From Eledone cirrhosa (lineage: Eukaryota), in NCBI GenBank assembly GCA_964016885.1, contig OZ024740.1, positions 164,176,001-164,240,000 of the forward strand: 64,000 bases of DNA, written 5' to 3'. The notes below the pieces were generated by a model. It did not search any database. It was not told the DNA's origin and saw only the letters and a program-made list of their open reading frames with translations. The number at the start of each line of letters is the position of its first letter. Position 1 is the first letter of the stretch. Shown piece after piece: positions 14,417-29,019 of this stretch. A program made the position numbers and the translations under genes.

Positions 14417-14899
14417 GTTAACATCAAAATGTAGCAGTTACTTGAGGCTGGTTATATATATAAGGCTTGCTGTTATTTCTGTTTCAAAGCTTTATGCAAA
14501 TTAATGTCATGAAAATCTTTAGCAGATTTTTCGTCGTAAATATTGATGCAAAGCTAGATATATAAACATAGAAAATGCCGCAAATATTGTTTACAATAAA
14601 AGAAAAAACAAAACCGTTTTTACAAAAGTGTTATCTCCTTTAATGTATTTTATTATATTCTAGCTTCTCCCATTCAGCTCCCTATAACATATTCTTCTTA
14701 TCTTGCTCTGAACCACACGCACCACAAAAAACTACCCCCCACCACCACCACACGCATATATATATATATATATTCATTTTATTAAGGCTGAATATTAAAC
14801 ATTTACTTCGGTATTGAGTACTCCATTCTTTCAGTACGTCAATCACATACGGATATATATATTTGGATTGCAGTGTCCTCACAAACGATTGCCGTCTCT

Positions 14900-15045
14900 T
14901 ACTGATTCTTCATTGTCATCCCATCCGCGTCCATGATTACGTAGATGACGTTGTAGACCAGCTGTAGATCTGCATGGTTTACGACACAGGTGACAGAAGA
15001 GAGTTGTGCTTTCCACAGGACCGGTGCGGGTCACCCTGTAGGATA
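14900..15045 (-). mobile_element. RTE-like LINE C-terminal C2H2 fragment
   Basis: FCHLCRKPCRSTAGLQRHLRNH. Confidence 0.6.
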
Positions 15046-15060
15046 CAATCTTTATGCCAC

Positions 15061-15269
15061 ACAATGACATATACAGGTATTTAAGTTTCGTTGGGTTATG
15101 CACCCTAACTAATGTTTTTATAACAGGCTGAATGAGTTAAGGTGCATAGCACAACGAAACTTAAGTACCTGTATATGTCATCGAGGTAACTAAGTATACT
15201 TAACTCGTCCCATGGACTGAGTACTCTTACTCTGAGATATTTTACCAAACCTATACTACAGTATACTAC

Positions 15270-15272
<3 letters not shown>
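15061..15272 (+). mobile_element. HHR element family D with 5' inverted arm
   Basis: 15061-15110 is the reverse complement of about 15135-15182; homolog at 16697-16770. Confidence 0.8.
15123..15172 (+). ncRNA. Hammerhead ribozyme (CUGAAUGA core variant)
   Basis: ACAGG CTGAATGA GTT...AAC GAAA CTTAAG TA CCTGT: 5-bp stem I, palindromic stem III, GUA triplet. Confidence 0.75.
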
Positions 15273-15339
<67 letters not shown>

Positions 15340-15340
<1 letters not shown>

Positions 15341-15460
15341 CACAAACCCTCCATCTTAATTTTACTTTTGAAAAGCATAAGAACTGTGAAACCGGTAAAG
15401 GAAACAAAAAAATATCCTTATACTTTCACTCGAGTAGGACATCTCGTTTTTTTTCTTTAA
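15340..15460 (+). mobile_element. Family C fragment
   Basis: TTTTGAAAAGCATAAGAACTGTGAAACCGGTAAAGG and TACTTTCACTCG shared with 31122-31480. Confidence 0.75.
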
Positions 15461-15519
15461 CCCCTGCCCCTAATTTTCTTATATATATATATATATATAT
15501 ATATTTCTCTCTCCTTCTC

Positions 15520-15589
<70 letters not shown>

Positions 15590-15596
15590 TTCTCTC

Positions 15597-15707
<111 letters not shown>

Positions 15708-16032
15708 ATATTTCTTTAAGACATCCTTAATATTCCATAGACATATCAACGGATGTTTTTGGTTGGGTAGGAGTAGCGGAATAACTAATTTCGAAGAGTC
15801 AGAAAAATTTAGTTCTACGACTACAGATGACTGAACATTCACCGGCAGGTGGATAGATAGTGGGCGCCAAATTGCTTCCGATTTTGTTTTTCTAATTTCA
15901 CAGGCTTTTGTCTACTGTATTTCCCCTTAAGTATATTTTCAATACAGTAGAACACACACACACACACACAGCGCACCCCCCCCCCCCCCACACACACACA
16001 TATATGTATAAATATATATATATTTATATATA

Positions 16033-16216
<184 letters not shown>

Positions 16217-16289
16217 TATATATTATATGTATATATATATATATGAAAAGCGAAGTAAGGTTCTATACAAAAAAGTGGTTATAGAGAAA

Positions 16290-16565
16290 AGGTGAAATTG
16301 GAAATAGCACGGAAAATATATTTAAGGGTCTGTTTTTCTATTTTTTTTCTTTTCTTTGATTCGTCAAAGTAACATTATTGAAAAAATGAGAGGGACAATT
16401 TTTTTAAAATAGAGTTTTATAATGTATATAAAGTATATAAAGTGTAACCGGTTTCGATGTATTAGTAAAATTCATCGTATCAAATGATGAGTATTACAAT
16501 TAAGTAGAATAAATAACAATTAAAAAATAAAAATTAAAGATTTGAAATTAAGTGTTGAGGCAAGT
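16290..16565 (-). mobile_element. HHR element family E
   Basis: Reverse-complement homolog of 33960-34230; GATG...CATC GAAA CCGG TT on minus strand. Confidence 0.75.
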
Positions 16566-16699
16566 TTTTTTCATCTTCCTTGTAGAGAAGAAGACTGGAA
16601 AAATCATCTCTTGTTATATAAAGAAAGCCATCTTTCTTTATGTAACATATAAAGAAAGCCATCTTTCTTTATATAAAGAAAGCCATCTTTCTTTATATA

Positions 16700-16750
16700 A
16701 CAGGCTGAATGAGTTAGGGGTGTATAACCCAACGAAACTTAAGTACCTCT
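16700..16750 (+). ncRNA. Hammerhead ribozyme (family D, second copy)
   Basis: ACAGG CTGAATGA GTT...AAC GAAA CTTAAG TA CCT. Confidence 0.72.
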
Positions 16751-16959
16751 ATATGTCATTGTTGTAACTAATTATAACTATGGTTGGTTCTCATTTACGT
16801 AAGGTGAATGGGAAAAGTGTATTGTGTTTGTGATCAAATATGTTTCTTTCTTTCAGAGTATACAAGCTTTCTGATTAAGAAAGCAAGCTGTTGATTTGCT
16901 GAAAGATTTCCAAGAATTCATTTTTAAGATTTTAAGAAGCGCATCAGAAAAGAAGAACT

Positions 16960-17310
16960 GTTCCACAAGAAGAACAATACATGGAAAATAAAAGTAGGTT
17001 ATCTCTCAAAATACGAATTGTTTTTCGTTTTCTGTTCCTTGGAGCATCCACCAAAGGAAAGAAACAAGTTACAAAAGAAATCACTAAAAATGTAACAAGT
17101 TTATGGCAAAAGAAATTAAATTTCCCAAATATATCAACTCAAGTCATACAAGCAAAACTGGATCAAGTGTTGAACACCTATGTTGAATGTATGAAACGAG
17201 GAAAATATTACCCATTGAATGACATTTTTGACATCACAAAAGAAAATAGTGAATGGCTGTGTAGTGAGGACAGACAGTTATATCATCTTCAGATCGAAAG
17301 CAAAGGACGG
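16960..17310 (+). pseudogene. DNA transposase N-terminal fragment (possibly Sola-type)
   Basis: LWQKKLNFPNIS...AKLDQVLNTY...DIFDI...EDRQLYHLQIESKGR resembles a recalled transposase N-terminus; family uncertain. Confidence 0.35.
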
Positions 17311-17912
17311 TTATTTCTGCTTTTGTATTTTGCCGCTTTATTAAATGGGATGCTTGTGTTAAGAGGTCGTCTCTTTTTAGAATGGCCTGAACGAATAGTT
17401 CTGGGGCTTTCGCAGCCGTTGCTGCGAATGTGGTTTTGGTGTTGTTGTTGATGTTGTTGCTGTTGTTGCTGTTGTCATTGCTGCTGTTGCTGCTGTTGTC
17501 GTCATCATTGTTCTTGTAGTTACGTTCGTTGTTGGTGCTTTTGTTGTTGCTGTCGTTGCCATTGTTTTTGCTGCTGTTGTTTTTATTGCCGTTGTCGTTG
17601 TTCCTATTGATGTTGTCATTGCTGTTGCTGTTGTTATTGTTGTTATTGCCGATGTAGCTACAGTTACTCTTTTTGTTGTCGCTACCATTGCTAGTGTTGT
17701 TGCAGTTGCTGGCGACAGTGGCCCTGCTGTCTGTAGTGATTGTAGAGGCGTTGACGTTGTTTTCGACCTTTAGACTCGAATGCAAGTCGTTATCACGTGA
17801 TCGCTTGTAAGCGTGAAAAAACAAAATTATATATTTCAAATATTTGGGCCCAAAACACAAATATTATGTGGTCGCCTTTTCAGAGGTCAATGTATGGCGC
17901 CCTATTCACAGT
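17310..17912 (-). mobile_element. Dispersed repeat with (CAA)n-rich tract, probable LINE 5' region
   Basis: 17820-17912 is the reverse complement of about 46612-46690; both followed by CAA/CAG-rich tracts. Confidence 0.55.
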
Positions 17913-18022
17913 CAAGAACAAAAATATTTCCACATATCACAATTCAAACAACCTAAAATAAACAAACCTCCTGGAGCTCACAATAACACGTATTCTTGAT
18001 TCAGTCACCAATAATAATAATG

Positions 18023-18400
18023 ATTCCTACTTTAGGCACAAGGCCAGTAATTTGAAGGGGAGGGGGAAAAGTCGATTAAATCGACCCCAGTTCATTACAG
18101 GTGCTTTATTTCATCGACCCCGGAAGGATGAAAGGCAAAGTTAACTTCGGCAGGATTTGAACTCAGAACGTAAAGGGCCATAACTATAGGCCGCGAAGCA
18201 GGGTGTCCGACGTTCTACCGATACTGCCAATCCACTGCCAATAATAATAGTAATAGTAATAATAATTGCTTCTACTTTTGGCACAAGGCCAGCAATTACC
18301 CAGTGCATTACTGGTACTTTATTTGATCGACCCCGTAAGGATGAAAGGCAAAGTTAACCTCGGCGGGATTTGAACTCAGAATGGCAAGGGCCGTACCTCT
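18023..18400 (-). mobile_element. Two adjacent SINE copies (18023-18239, 18265-18400)
   Basis: Both contain GGATGAAAGGCAAAGTTAAC..GGATTTGAACTCAG. Confidence 0.88.
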
Positions 18401-19274
18401 ATGCGTGAGAGCATGATAATGATGATGATGATGATGATGGCGATGATGATGATGATGATGATGAAGAAGAAGAAGAAGAAGAAGAAGAAGAAGAAGAAGA
18501 AGAAGAAGAAGAAGAAGAAGAAGAAGAAGAAGAAAGCTACTTTATTTCAAGGGGGTAAGTTTCAAAGACTGTAATGAATTTAAGAACTTGGATGTAAATT
18601 GAAACAAAATATATATTTAGTAAAGGTTATAGAAAATAGATGGAGAAAAGAGCGAGAATAAGAAAGAAAAAAAGGAGGGCAAATAGAACACGTGGCGATG
18701 CGTTTTTTTAATTTTATAACACAGCCATTTTGAAAATGAGTGAAACAGAAGTGTTTTTCAAAACCTATAGATTGAATAGCAAAGAACTGTGTGTATGTCT
18801 CAGAAAGTCTATCGTATATTAATGTATGTGTATGAGCATTTGTAGTGGAAATAGAATGCATACGCGTAGGGTGTGTGTGTGTGTGTGTGTGTGTGTGGCC
18901 TTGTGTGAGTGTGTGTCTTCTTCTTCTTCTTCTTCTTCTTCTTCTTCTTCTACATGCGTGCACATGTGTGTGAATTGAATCAGTATGTATGTAAATAGGG
19001 AATGTTCTATATTTACTATTTAATACACGATTGTGTTCTTGTATGTTTCTAAGAAAATAACCAAACAAACTTGTCTAAACATTTATTAGAATCACTAGTG
19101 TGGAACTGTTGGCCATTCTACTAAATTTTACTTTTACTAAATTTTACTTTTACTAAATTTTACTTTTACTCAAGGCAAAGGTAGCAGCATCAGCAACAAC
19201 AGTAGCAGTAGCAGCCACAAAAGCAGCAGCATTTACAGCACCACCAGCAACAACAACAATAACAATTAACTGAG

Positions 19275-19466
19275 CCCCCTACAGCATGTGATAAGGCTGG
19301 CTTTTTGTTTGAAAACACAGGTACAACGCTTTTATGCCGCAGCTGTGTAGACTGGAGCAACTTGAAATAAAATGTTTGCCCAGGGACACGATTGGTTCGT
19401 CTGGAATCGAATTCACAACTTTAGGAGCGGGAATCTAACATCCTAACTACTAAGCCAAGCGCTTTC
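19275..19466 (-). mobile_element. Second tRNA-derived SINE family
   Basis: Minus strand TGGCTTAGTAGTTAGG (A box) ... TTCGATTCC (B-box-like), then CCCTGGGCAAA. Confidence 0.6.
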
Positions 19467-22400
19467 ACAAAACTGCATAGATAGCGAAACACAAATGTGT
19501 CAACATTGAGGCCTTCTTTCGTGTGACGATGGTAATGGCGTGTTGTATTCACAGGCGTTTTTCCGAACACAATAATAGAAGACCTTGTGTAGGCACCTTG
19601 CTCGCTTATTTGGAATGTAAACACATAAAAAAGTATAACTGACTCTAAAAAAAAGTCTTATAAGATTATTTAAATACAAAGAAAATATTCCATGGATGTA
19701 AAAAAGAAAACAGAACAAAAGAAAACATTTTGTCTCGTCAACTTGGCCTACATCTAGATAAGAAAATATATAAATATTTCGCCAAAAATAATTTTATCAC
19801 ATCAAAGTAAAGGAAATGTAAATAGCAATCATTACAAAATCTTATCATATAACGTCCAGCTGTGTAAAGAAAACACGATCTTGAATCACGCAGAATCTTC
19901 CTCATAGAATTTCATGAAAGCAGATATGACTGTGTTATTAAGATACGCAGTTCGGTGTTCGATCCCACTGTACAGCACCTTATGCATATATTTCAATTCA
20001 AGACGTCGGCTTAACCAATAACTTGTGAGTGGTGAGGGTATCAGTGAAAGATGTTAGAATCTTTGAGAAAAACGAAAGAACGATGCTTTGTGAATGAAGT
20101 GTCTTTCGATAGATCGTTACTCGTCACTATATTACAGATACAATTCTGACAACTCTCCTTATCACGAATTGCGATTTGAAATAAAACATGAATATATATA
20201 CTATAAAATATAATAATAAGTTTATGCCTTCCTTTTTATAGAAATAATTTGCTAGCCTGAAAAATGAAGTGTTTGCAGATATATATAATATTTCATAGCT
20301 CTATACTTCGAAGAAAAAGATAATAGATTATTTCAAGCAGTTTCTTATAAATTAAGGAGTATGGTTACATTTTTATCAGCCTATTTCATATATTGGTTTC
20401 TTTAATATATTAGCAAGTAATATGTCACATAATGACCTGTCAATATTTCTAGTTGATGACGTTAGATTTGAGAGAAATAATATTGAAAACGAATATGAAT
20501 TATCGAAATTGTATATAATTCTGAAAGCACAATTATAAAGGTATTATCAAAAATAAATTTCAAACTGTTTTAACATTATCAAAACAAAAGATTCGATTTA
20601 AAATTTCATAGTCAGAATTTAATGTTTAGGGTCAAGTATCTCTTCGCCCTCTAGTCAGTTAACATTCGTTTCTCAAAATCCGCTGGACAATACCTTAACC
20701 GGAAATATTTTAGAAAATCACGTAATTTCCATGAACGTTTCAGAATTAAATCGAGATTGATTTCCCGTCATTGACTAGAAAATGATGAATGTTAAAATTG
20801 AAATAACAAAAGAAAGAAGCCTGAGTAATTCGCAAGATTAGTTTCAAATTTGATATTAAGTCGAAAACATAACTTTGGTTTTCATTCGAACGAAATTTCC
20901 TTACAGAAATACGAATACTCAGTAAAAGCTGACCGTTCTTTCAATGTCATTTCGAATATAAATGCTTTGTCTACTGTGTAAAGAAATACCGTTAATATCG
21001 ACCACTGAAGTGAAATAATATCGAAATTAACTCCTTTACAACTCCTTGTCCACACCCCTTCTTTTCTTGTATTCATTATTAATGACTTCCTGCTATTTGC
21101 TAACATGCCTATCAACTTGTCTTCGAGCAATTCATCTCTGAAATACCAATCAATTATAAAAGCAGTCATTTGGTGGTGATTCAGTCATTTTACTCAGCAT
21201 TTTACCTCGATGTTCTAAACGCTAATCAACTAAAGTGACTTTTATTTCATTTTCACAATAGGAACATTTCTACTAATATTTTAAAGAGTGAAACTTAGTT
21301 AATGCAGATGGTATTTTTAGAAAAATGGGTATTAACAACGTGATTCGAGCAATAAAATCAAGTACTCGGAAACAAAGTGTTTCGGTTCAATTTAACAGCT
21401 TCATTTCTCCACATCTCTATTGCAGTTACTGAAATGTCATAAAACGTCATAGTGATTTTAAATTCATCCCTTAATATGTTCATCTGAGAAATGAGAAATC
21501 TGCCTGTAATGGTTTTGTTCCGTTATTTCGTATTTTAAATATTTAACAAAAGTATAAACATTTATCCCATGTATTATTGCAATGAATTATCCCATGTATT
21601 ATTGATTGAAATTTCGTATCAGATATATCCATAAATGAATGTCAACTTCTAATTACTTGACGTTTGAGAATGAGGAAATGGGAATTGTGACATGCATATT
21701 TTTTTTGTGCGTAATTTACTGTAAAAGGGAGATAGCTACATACCAAGATACGAACCAGTAACGCAGGCTCTATTCACCAGGAACTTTATTAGCGATGACA
21801 CAGCGCTCGCTTCATAATTTGATAATTTTACAACTAAAGTTTGACGCTAATTTTCTGTAGCGATGAATAAAAGAGCCGTACATCTCTTCGCTGTATAAAG
21901 ACACTAGCTAATTATAGCTCCCTTTCATATAGAAACTCGTTACAAATTCTCCTTCCTCAAAACGATAAACAGAGTCTTTTCGTGGTAACTAAAATTGTTG
22001 AAAATAGATGTTAAATCCCCCTCAAAGATGAAACTACTATGTCTCTGCTCGACCAGCTAGAAATAGCTGTCAAATCTTTAAGTAAAGAACGAAATTGCAT
22101 TTAACAGATACAAATGAATACATATCTAAAGTAGGGATTCTTTAATCTATATTAATCTATCCAACATTCTTATGAATAAGTCTATTTGCTTCGATGCACT
22201 GCGCACACATTTTTACTTTTCGGTATTTCAATTTCCAAATAATTGAGGTTATTAAGAAGCACACAAATTACACAGCATACAGATAACAGATAAAGTCGCA
22301 GCTGTTTTTCCAGCTTTAATGAAAAATATTGGCAGAAGAGGATACAAACTGTGGCAAATGTTTGTTATATAGATGAGAATGTCAAAACGAACTCACATTT

Positions 22401-23522
22401 GTAAAGAAAAAAAAATGCACTAGATTTCAAAGCTATTAAAGTACGTATGACTTTCCGATTTGGTGCCAATGCTTCAGTATACCTAAGGCTCAAGTCAATT
22501 GTTCTTTATTATATGAAGACACTAGTAGTTATGAAAGGCAGCTCTAAATATTATTGTCTTGTTTTATAGCGATTAAAAGTGTTATGATCACTAGAATAGT
22601 TTTCCATGATTGTTCAAATAATATTACCAGGCAAAGAACCTTGTCTTTGTGAACAGTGTTCACATAACCTAAGAGGTAATTTGCTAGTAGCCTTTCTACC
22701 CCAAACACAACATGCTTGATTCAACCTACAGACCAGTGAAATACTGCGATATTCGTTTTACGGCACATCTTTAAGCAATTAATTATGTTCTGTGATGGTA
22801 AAACTAAGCCTGCTAGAAAGGAATGTTTGCATTGTTACCATATCATGAATTCTATTGAAAATTTACAGAGGCATGGCGTGCGCGAAAAACAGCTACTATG
22901 AATTTTTCTTGGTGAAAACTGTATTCAAACTACATTGCATACTTCTAGGGTTTTAAGAAACTAATACAAAATGCTCGTCAGGAGAATGTTGGGTTGGCAC
23001 ACGAAGTTAGATTTAATGAAATAAACAACGAAGATGTGTACTTCAATCACACGTCACAGAAATACATAATGAAATACAAGAAATACACAAAGAAATACAT
23101 AATGATGGGATAATGGTGATGAGTTAGAACTGCATTAAAGGAGATAGAGATAGAGTTGAGGAACTACGATACATTTTAACAACGAAAGCCTTGTTTGAAG
23201 CTTTCCAATTCTTTTATAAAGGACATTTTAACCGAAAGTCCCCAAAGAGTGAGACTTTCTGTAGCAAAAGCATTAATAGTGGGTAGCAGAAATATATTAC
23301 AATGTTTAATAAAACTTTATTTTGACGTTTGGTGATTATATATGTATACAATAAGAATCTGCAGGAACATAACGCTTGTTTATATCATTGTGTTTCGCTT
23401 TTTGCCGAATCACTTAAAGTCGCTTTTCCCAAGAATCTAACAACGTCATTAAGAAATGAGATCCAATATACCTAACACACATACATACATAAATGCATAT
23501 ATAAACACACACACGCACACAC

Positions 23523-23696
<174 letters not shown>

Positions 23697-23772
23697 CATA
23701 TATATATATACATATATATATATATAAATATATGTGTGTGCGTGTGTCTGTGTGTGTGTGTGTGTGTGTGTG

Positions 23773-23952
23773 TATCCCGGGTTCAATCGGGTGTTACCAC
23801 ACTAAGTAAGATACTCAATACATAGTAGAGCATACATTTTTGATATAGAAATGGCTTCTACAGGACTGTTTTATTCGAAGGAAATCACCAGGAGCGCTTT
23901 CCTGATAATTTCGTTCGAATGAAACAGTTATAGTCCTGTAGAAGCCATTTCT
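23773..23952 (-). mobile_element. Hairpin element family B, copy 2
   Basis: AGAAATGGCTTCTACAGGACT ... AGTCCTGTAGAAGCCATTTCT arms; tail homologous to 10707-10781. Confidence 0.85.
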
Positions 23953-23965
23953 CTCTCTCTCTCTC

Positions 23966-24022
<57 letters not shown>

Positions 24023-24250
24023 CTCTCCATAGAGAAGTCCTTACGTTTTATGTAACCATAGAGAAGTCCTTACATTTTATATGGGTTCCTAGTGTCCGCG
24101 CATTGCCTGGGAACTTAGCTGAGAATAGACTACCTGATGACGTAAGGACTTCTCTATGGTTACATTACGTAACTATATTTATTCCCTTACAGAAACTAAT
24201 CAGTTGGGGTGAAAATTTTAGTAAGTAAGTTAATTTTTAATTTTTAAAAT

Positions 24251-24360
<110 letters not shown>

Positions 24361-24947
24361 ACATATACATATACATATACACACATATATATATATGAAA
24401 ATATGAAAAATGTTTCAATTCAATCTATCGGTGTTATAAAACGTTTAGCACACTATAGAACAAAGTAACCTCCAAAATTTATCCAAACTCTTTCATTCGG
24501 ATCAGTGAGTTTGAAATTAGAATTACCCATGCAAGTTTTACTTGCTTAGTGAATCGTTTTGTCTGGAAGTTATTTCTGGTAACTTCTGATTTTAGATAGG
24601 AAATATTCTTGGTGTTAAATCTCGTTCGGGCGAATATTTTGAGCGGTTCAATATAATCTAGTACTGTAAGCAAACAGCCAACCCTCCACTCACATCTAGA
24701 CATCTATACAACCACCAAAACACGTCCACACCATACACACATACACACACACACATATATATATATATAAAAATATAAGTATAGCCGTACTAAGAGTGAG
24801 AAAAGAAATTTCATTTTTTCCATTTAGATAAATATATATATATACATATATATATATATACATCCGGGGGCTAGGGTATACTTCTATGTATGCATATATA
24901 TGCATATATATATATGTCGGCGTGTGCTAGGGTGTACTTCTATTTAT

Positions 24948-25072
<125 letters not shown>

Positions 25073-25463
25073 CACAAGCGGGGGGGAGGGTTGAGTGTAC
25101 CTGTATGTATATATAAATATATATATATATATAGTCACATATGAGTATATGAATATGTATATGTAATAGCATAGATATGTTTGTATGTGCGGTCATGTTC
25201 AAGTATGTATGTGTCTGAGTATGCATGACTTTTTACTAAATGTGTAAATAAACGTACAATGATAGAAAGCTTTGGACTTGTGGAGGAGAAGGATGAGACG
25301 CATAGTTCACAGAATATGTGTGTTAGGAAGGTTGAATGTGCGAAGACATACATTCATACATACATACTTACACATATACATACATATCGATACATACATT
25401 TATACCTATATACGCTGATGCATGCTTACCTAGCTACATACGTACATAAAAGCATAAACAAAC

Positions 25464-25508
<45 letters not shown>

Positions 25509-25813
25509 TATATATATATATATATATATATTTATACATATATATATATGCACACATTTTATTATTAGATATATATATTGTTTAAGCCGTATACTTAAAT
25601 TTAAACAGAGTATTAATCAGATCAAATTGAACTGTGGAACCTTCTATTTCCTATATTTATCATCTCAATGGATCCTTCCGGAATTTATTTAAAACTTACC
25701 CTGATATTGCTTAAATATAAACAAAGACAGGAGGAAGTAATATGGCGAGTTTGTGAGAGAAAACAACCTAAAAGAAGGCTACAAAACAGTTGAGAAAAGG
25801 AAAGGTAAAGTGT

Positions 25814-25900
25814 GTTTTATGAGTGTGTGCTTATATGCATGTATATACATAATCATAAATGTATACATGTAGATAGTTTGCTTCTAAGTACGTATGTAGG

Positions 25901-25968
<68 letters not shown>

Positions 25969-25972
25969 GAAA

Positions 25973-26006
<34 letters not shown>

Positions 26007-26099
26007 ATGAAACCTACATGCGTACTTACAAGCAAACTATATACATGTATACATTTATGATTATGTATACACATGCATATAAGCACACACTCGTAAAAC
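25814..26099. repeat. Inverted duplication, 89-bp arms around (TA)n/(TG)n
   Basis: 25814-25902 vs 26011-26099, a few mismatches. Confidence 0.9.
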
Positions 26100-26116
26100 T
26101 GTGTATGTATGTATGA

Positions 26117-26192
<76 letters not shown>

Positions 26193-26473
26193 TTCTTTAT
26201 TAGATAGATAGATATCTTTCTATAGACAGATGGATAGGCAGATATAATCACGTTTATGCTTGTACGTTTTGAAACAGAATTTAAAAGCATGTTATAAATG
26301 CAAATAATTTAAATATATGGGATAGGTTTTTTTTCTATCTAATTTCCTCCTTTTGAATAATTTATTTAAATTCTAGAAAATTCTTAACGAATTTCTTCCT
26401 CTTCGTTGAAATTTACAAAAACAATAAAATGAAATGATGAAAATACTGATATATACTTTCTCATACACACTCC

Positions 26474-26548
<75 letters not shown>

Positions 26549-26706
26549 CCTCTCTCTCTCTCACGCACACATGTATGTATATATAAATATGTATCCATAT
26601 ATATATATATATGCACATATACACTACACATATGCACACACACACTCACATACATATACACACATACACACACACATATATATAGACACACACACGCACA
26701 CACACG

Positions 26707-26786
<80 letters not shown>

Positions 26787-27115
26787 GACATAAATGTGGG
26801 TATGGTGTTTCTTTTTATGCTTGCGCTATTCCGTGAAGGTCACAGGGCGAGAACGCATCACCAAAATGACAAAAATAAAAATGTCAATATATTACTGAAT
26901 AACAATAAATAATAAATGTTCATAAAAAAGAATTGAAAATTAAAATACCAACAACAACAACAACTGCAGCAGTGACAAACAACGAACCAACCGAAAAAGG
27001 AAATAAACAAATGTACAAACACAATGCATTTCTTTACGTAAGCATTTATCATTAGAATTAAGTCCCAGACAGAAATGTCAAGAATCGTCTGAAGCAACCC
27101 TAGACACATCCTCAT

Positions 27116-27154
<39 letters not shown>

Positions 27155-27511
27155 CATATATATATATATATACACATACACGCATACGCTCATATGCACG
27201 TACACATACATACACGCACACACGTACACATGTACACACTCAGGCATGCAGATACCAACGCGTGTACGCAGATATACACAGCTATATATAAATAAATGCG
27301 TGTGCGTATGTATATAAGTTTATATGTGTGTATGTATATTTGTGTATATATATATGTGTATAATAAATGCGTGTGCGTATGTATATAAGTTTATATGTGT
27401 GTATGTATATTTGTGTGTATATATATATGTGTATGTATGTGTGTATGTATATAAGTATGTATGTATGAATGTATGTATGTAACCATGTATATATATGAAT
27501 ATCTATGTGTT

Positions 27512-27561
<50 letters not shown>

Positions 27562-27604
27562 TACATATATACGTATATGTATATATATATATATATATAT
27601 ATAC

Positions 27605-27670
<66 letters not shown>

Positions 27671-28159
27671 TCATAGATTGATAGATACTTACTCACACAC
27701 ACACATATACACATATATTTATTTATATATTTATATATATATATATTTGTGTGTGTGTCTGTATGTATTTAGTGCGCCGCGGGTGTTGATGAAACAGAGA
27801 GAGAGGGAATTAGTTGATTCCATGCATTGCTAAAGATTTAGTCTTGCTTTAAATTGAGGCGACATTATGATACAAATTAGGCGAAAAAGAAACTGATTGT
27901 TTTATTGCAAGTTTTTACGTTCGTCGTTGTTTTTTGGTTGGTGAGTGTGAGTTTGGGAAAAGAAAAAATAATGTTTTTATTATATGTTTAAGAATGATGA
28001 ATGTATAGTGTAAAAATACTACACGCATACTCAACAAACAACTACGCACACATGTGTACACTAACAAACGCACTTTAACACATTCACATATTCACATTCT
28101 CACATACTCACATACTCACATACATAGACATTATTATAGGCATTATTATACACACGCAT

Positions 28160-28272
28160 CTGAGTTCAAATCCCGTCGAGTTTAACTTTGCCTTTCATCC
28201 TTACGGGGTCGATAAAATAAAGTACCAGTAATGTACTGTGAAATTGCCGGCCTCGTGCCAAAAGTAGAAACA
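28160..28272 (+). mobile_element. 5'-truncated SINE with 18-bp TSD
   Basis: TSD ATTATTATACACACGCAT at 28142-28159 and 28273-28290. Confidence 0.9.
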
Positions 28273-28423
28273 ATTATTATACACACGCATTAAACAATCT
28301 TAAACGTGGAAGTTTCCTTCACGTGAACACTCTATCTAATAGAAAAGAAATAACAACCCAATTTTCCGTATATTACATGTAACATCATAAAAAGAAGAAG
28401 GATACTTTTATTAATATAGACGA

Positions 28424-28533
28424 ATATACAGTACGTCAATTTCAGGATACTACTATAAGTGATAGGATATATAAATCGGTTACCAGAACCACGAGCTCTA
28501 CCCATTAGTAATCAAACTATATATACATATATA

Positions 28534-28614
<81 letters not shown>

Positions 28615-28856
28615 CTGGTGCTTCTGGTAACCGAGACTAAATAAATGTATATTTGCACAATTTTCGTATATAGACTTGTAAACATGCCAAATATGCGTAT
28701 TTCCATGTAAATCGGAAAAATGATTGATTTTCGAACACTTGGATTCCTTATTGGAAGGCATGCATATCATCTAAATAACCACAAGAAAATACGCAACCAA
28801 GGGATTTATATATCCTATCACTTATAGTAGTATCCTGAAATGGACGTACTGTATAT
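28424..28856. repeat. Nested inverted repeats around (TA)n
   Basis: 54-bp arms 28424-28477 / 28803-28856; 20-bp arms 28476-28495 / 28615-28634. Confidence 0.85.
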
Positions 28857-28878
28857 ACATATATATACATACACGCAT

Positions 28879-28918
<40 letters not shown>

Positions 28919-28919
28919 G

Positions 28920-28954
<35 letters not shown>

Positions 28955-28956
28955 GC

Positions 28957-29010
<54 letters not shown>

Positions 29011-29019
29011 GCTTACATA

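Noticed and set aside
20400-23300. Microsatellite-free stretch, perhaps an old minus-strand hAT relic
   Set aside because: Too degraded to read convincing motifs by eye
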